Assembly: GCF_963921235.1 (NCBI RefSeq)
Contig: NC_086097.1
Coordinates: 169,076,001 to 169,140,000, forward strand
Origin: Mobula hypostoma
Taxonomy: Eukaryota
Length of the DNA: 64,000 bases
Direction of reading: 5' to 3'
The translations under genes were made by a program, and so were the position numbers. Position 1 is the stretch's first letter; each line of letters opens with the position of its first letter. The notes below the pieces were generated by a model. The model saw only the letters and a program-made list of their open reading frames with translations. It ran no database searches and had not been told where the DNA came from. Below are positions 63,220 through 64,000 of the stretch, in pieces.

Positions 63220-63513
63220 TTTATTTATTTTATTTACTTATTGAGATACAGTGTGGTATAGGACCTTCTGGCTCTTTGAGCCATGCTGCCCAGCAACTCC
63301 TGATTTAGTCCTAGCCTAATCATGGGACAATTTGATATGACCAATTAACCTACCAACCAGTAGGTCTTTAGATTGTGGGAAGAAACTGGAGCACCCGGAA
63401 GAAACCCACACAGTCACAAGTAGAACGTACAAACTCCTTACAGACAGTAGTGGTAATTGAACCCAGGTTACTAGCAAAGTGTTGTGCTAAGTCCTGCACT
63501 ACCATGCCACCCA
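63220..63513 (-). mobile_element. V-SINE (HE1-like), near full length
   Basis: Head gggtggcatggtagtgc; B-box gggttcaatt; V-core; (TAAA)n tail. Confidence 0.82.
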
Positions 63514-64000
63514 TGAACAACATTTAAACATGCAGCAAATAAACAAAATTAATGAATTTGAGAAATTGAGCACATAACTTTATTCTAATTTATTTTCTGC
63601 AAGTCTTATCTTCTATAATACTTGAACATACATTTCCTTAGAACAACCCTTCTCAACCATTTTGCCCTAGAGGACCCCTTGAAATAAGTTTCAGGTCTCA
63701 GGGAACAACTGCATAAAAATTATTATATCTATAGCTCACAGTACATTAGTGTCATCAGTAAGTTGTAGATATAATCAAAAATATTTGACAATGCTCTTTT
63801 GAGTAAAGAATGATTTTTTAGCTTACCTTTCTTGAAATTAATCTCTTTCTTTCCCTTTCATAAATAACAAAAGCTCCTAAGGCAAACATAGTAAACTCCT
63901 CAATTCTGGGTCGCACTTGAGATAAACACATCAAGATTTTACCTTCAGCTGAAAAGAGTCAATTTCTATCCTTGCTCCTGATGCTTGTTAAACAAGAAAA

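Noticed and set aside
63827..63948. Minus-strand AG...GTAAGC-bounded open frame (EGKILMCLSQVRPRIEEF...ISRK) as a possible exon
   Set aside because: 122 nt and phase 1-0, so it cannot splice in frame to the phase-1 LDLRAD4 exon. The peptide is unrecognised and the region adjoins DNA-transposon-like sequence (~63650 onward).
1..64000. Strong antisense bias of LINEs relative to LDLRAD4
   Set aside because: Plus-strand copies dominate by length, but several CR1 and Rex1 copies are minus-strand, and there are too few independent events to claim a bias.
1..64000. CRISPR arrays, rRNA or prokaryotic systems
   Set aside because: No repeat-spacer structure or operon-like gene density; the sequence is vertebrate intronic DNA.

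Overview
Vertebrate, repeat-dense genomic window, most consistent with an elasmobranch (HE1-like V-SINEs and abundant CR1 LINEs; the species cannot be fixed from sequence alone). The only host-gene sequence found is one 141-nt minus-strand coding exon (34781-34921) encoding the LDL-receptor class A module of LDLRAD4, so the window appears to be the two introns flanking that exon. Almost every ORF in the supplied track belongs to a transposon. These include many nested CR1 LINEs, three L1-clade 3' ends with TSDs (one twin-primed), Rex1/Babar and RTE fragments, Penelope-like elements with minimal hammerhead ribozymes, Tigger and Tc1 relics, and a GalEa-type Copia relic with a 20-nt tRNA-iMet PBS. 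A Hero-type (R2-group) element is bracketed by a ~198-bp direct repeat of its target. Three non-coding retroposon families could not be named. Boundaries were read by eye and are approximate unless a TSD or splice site is cited.
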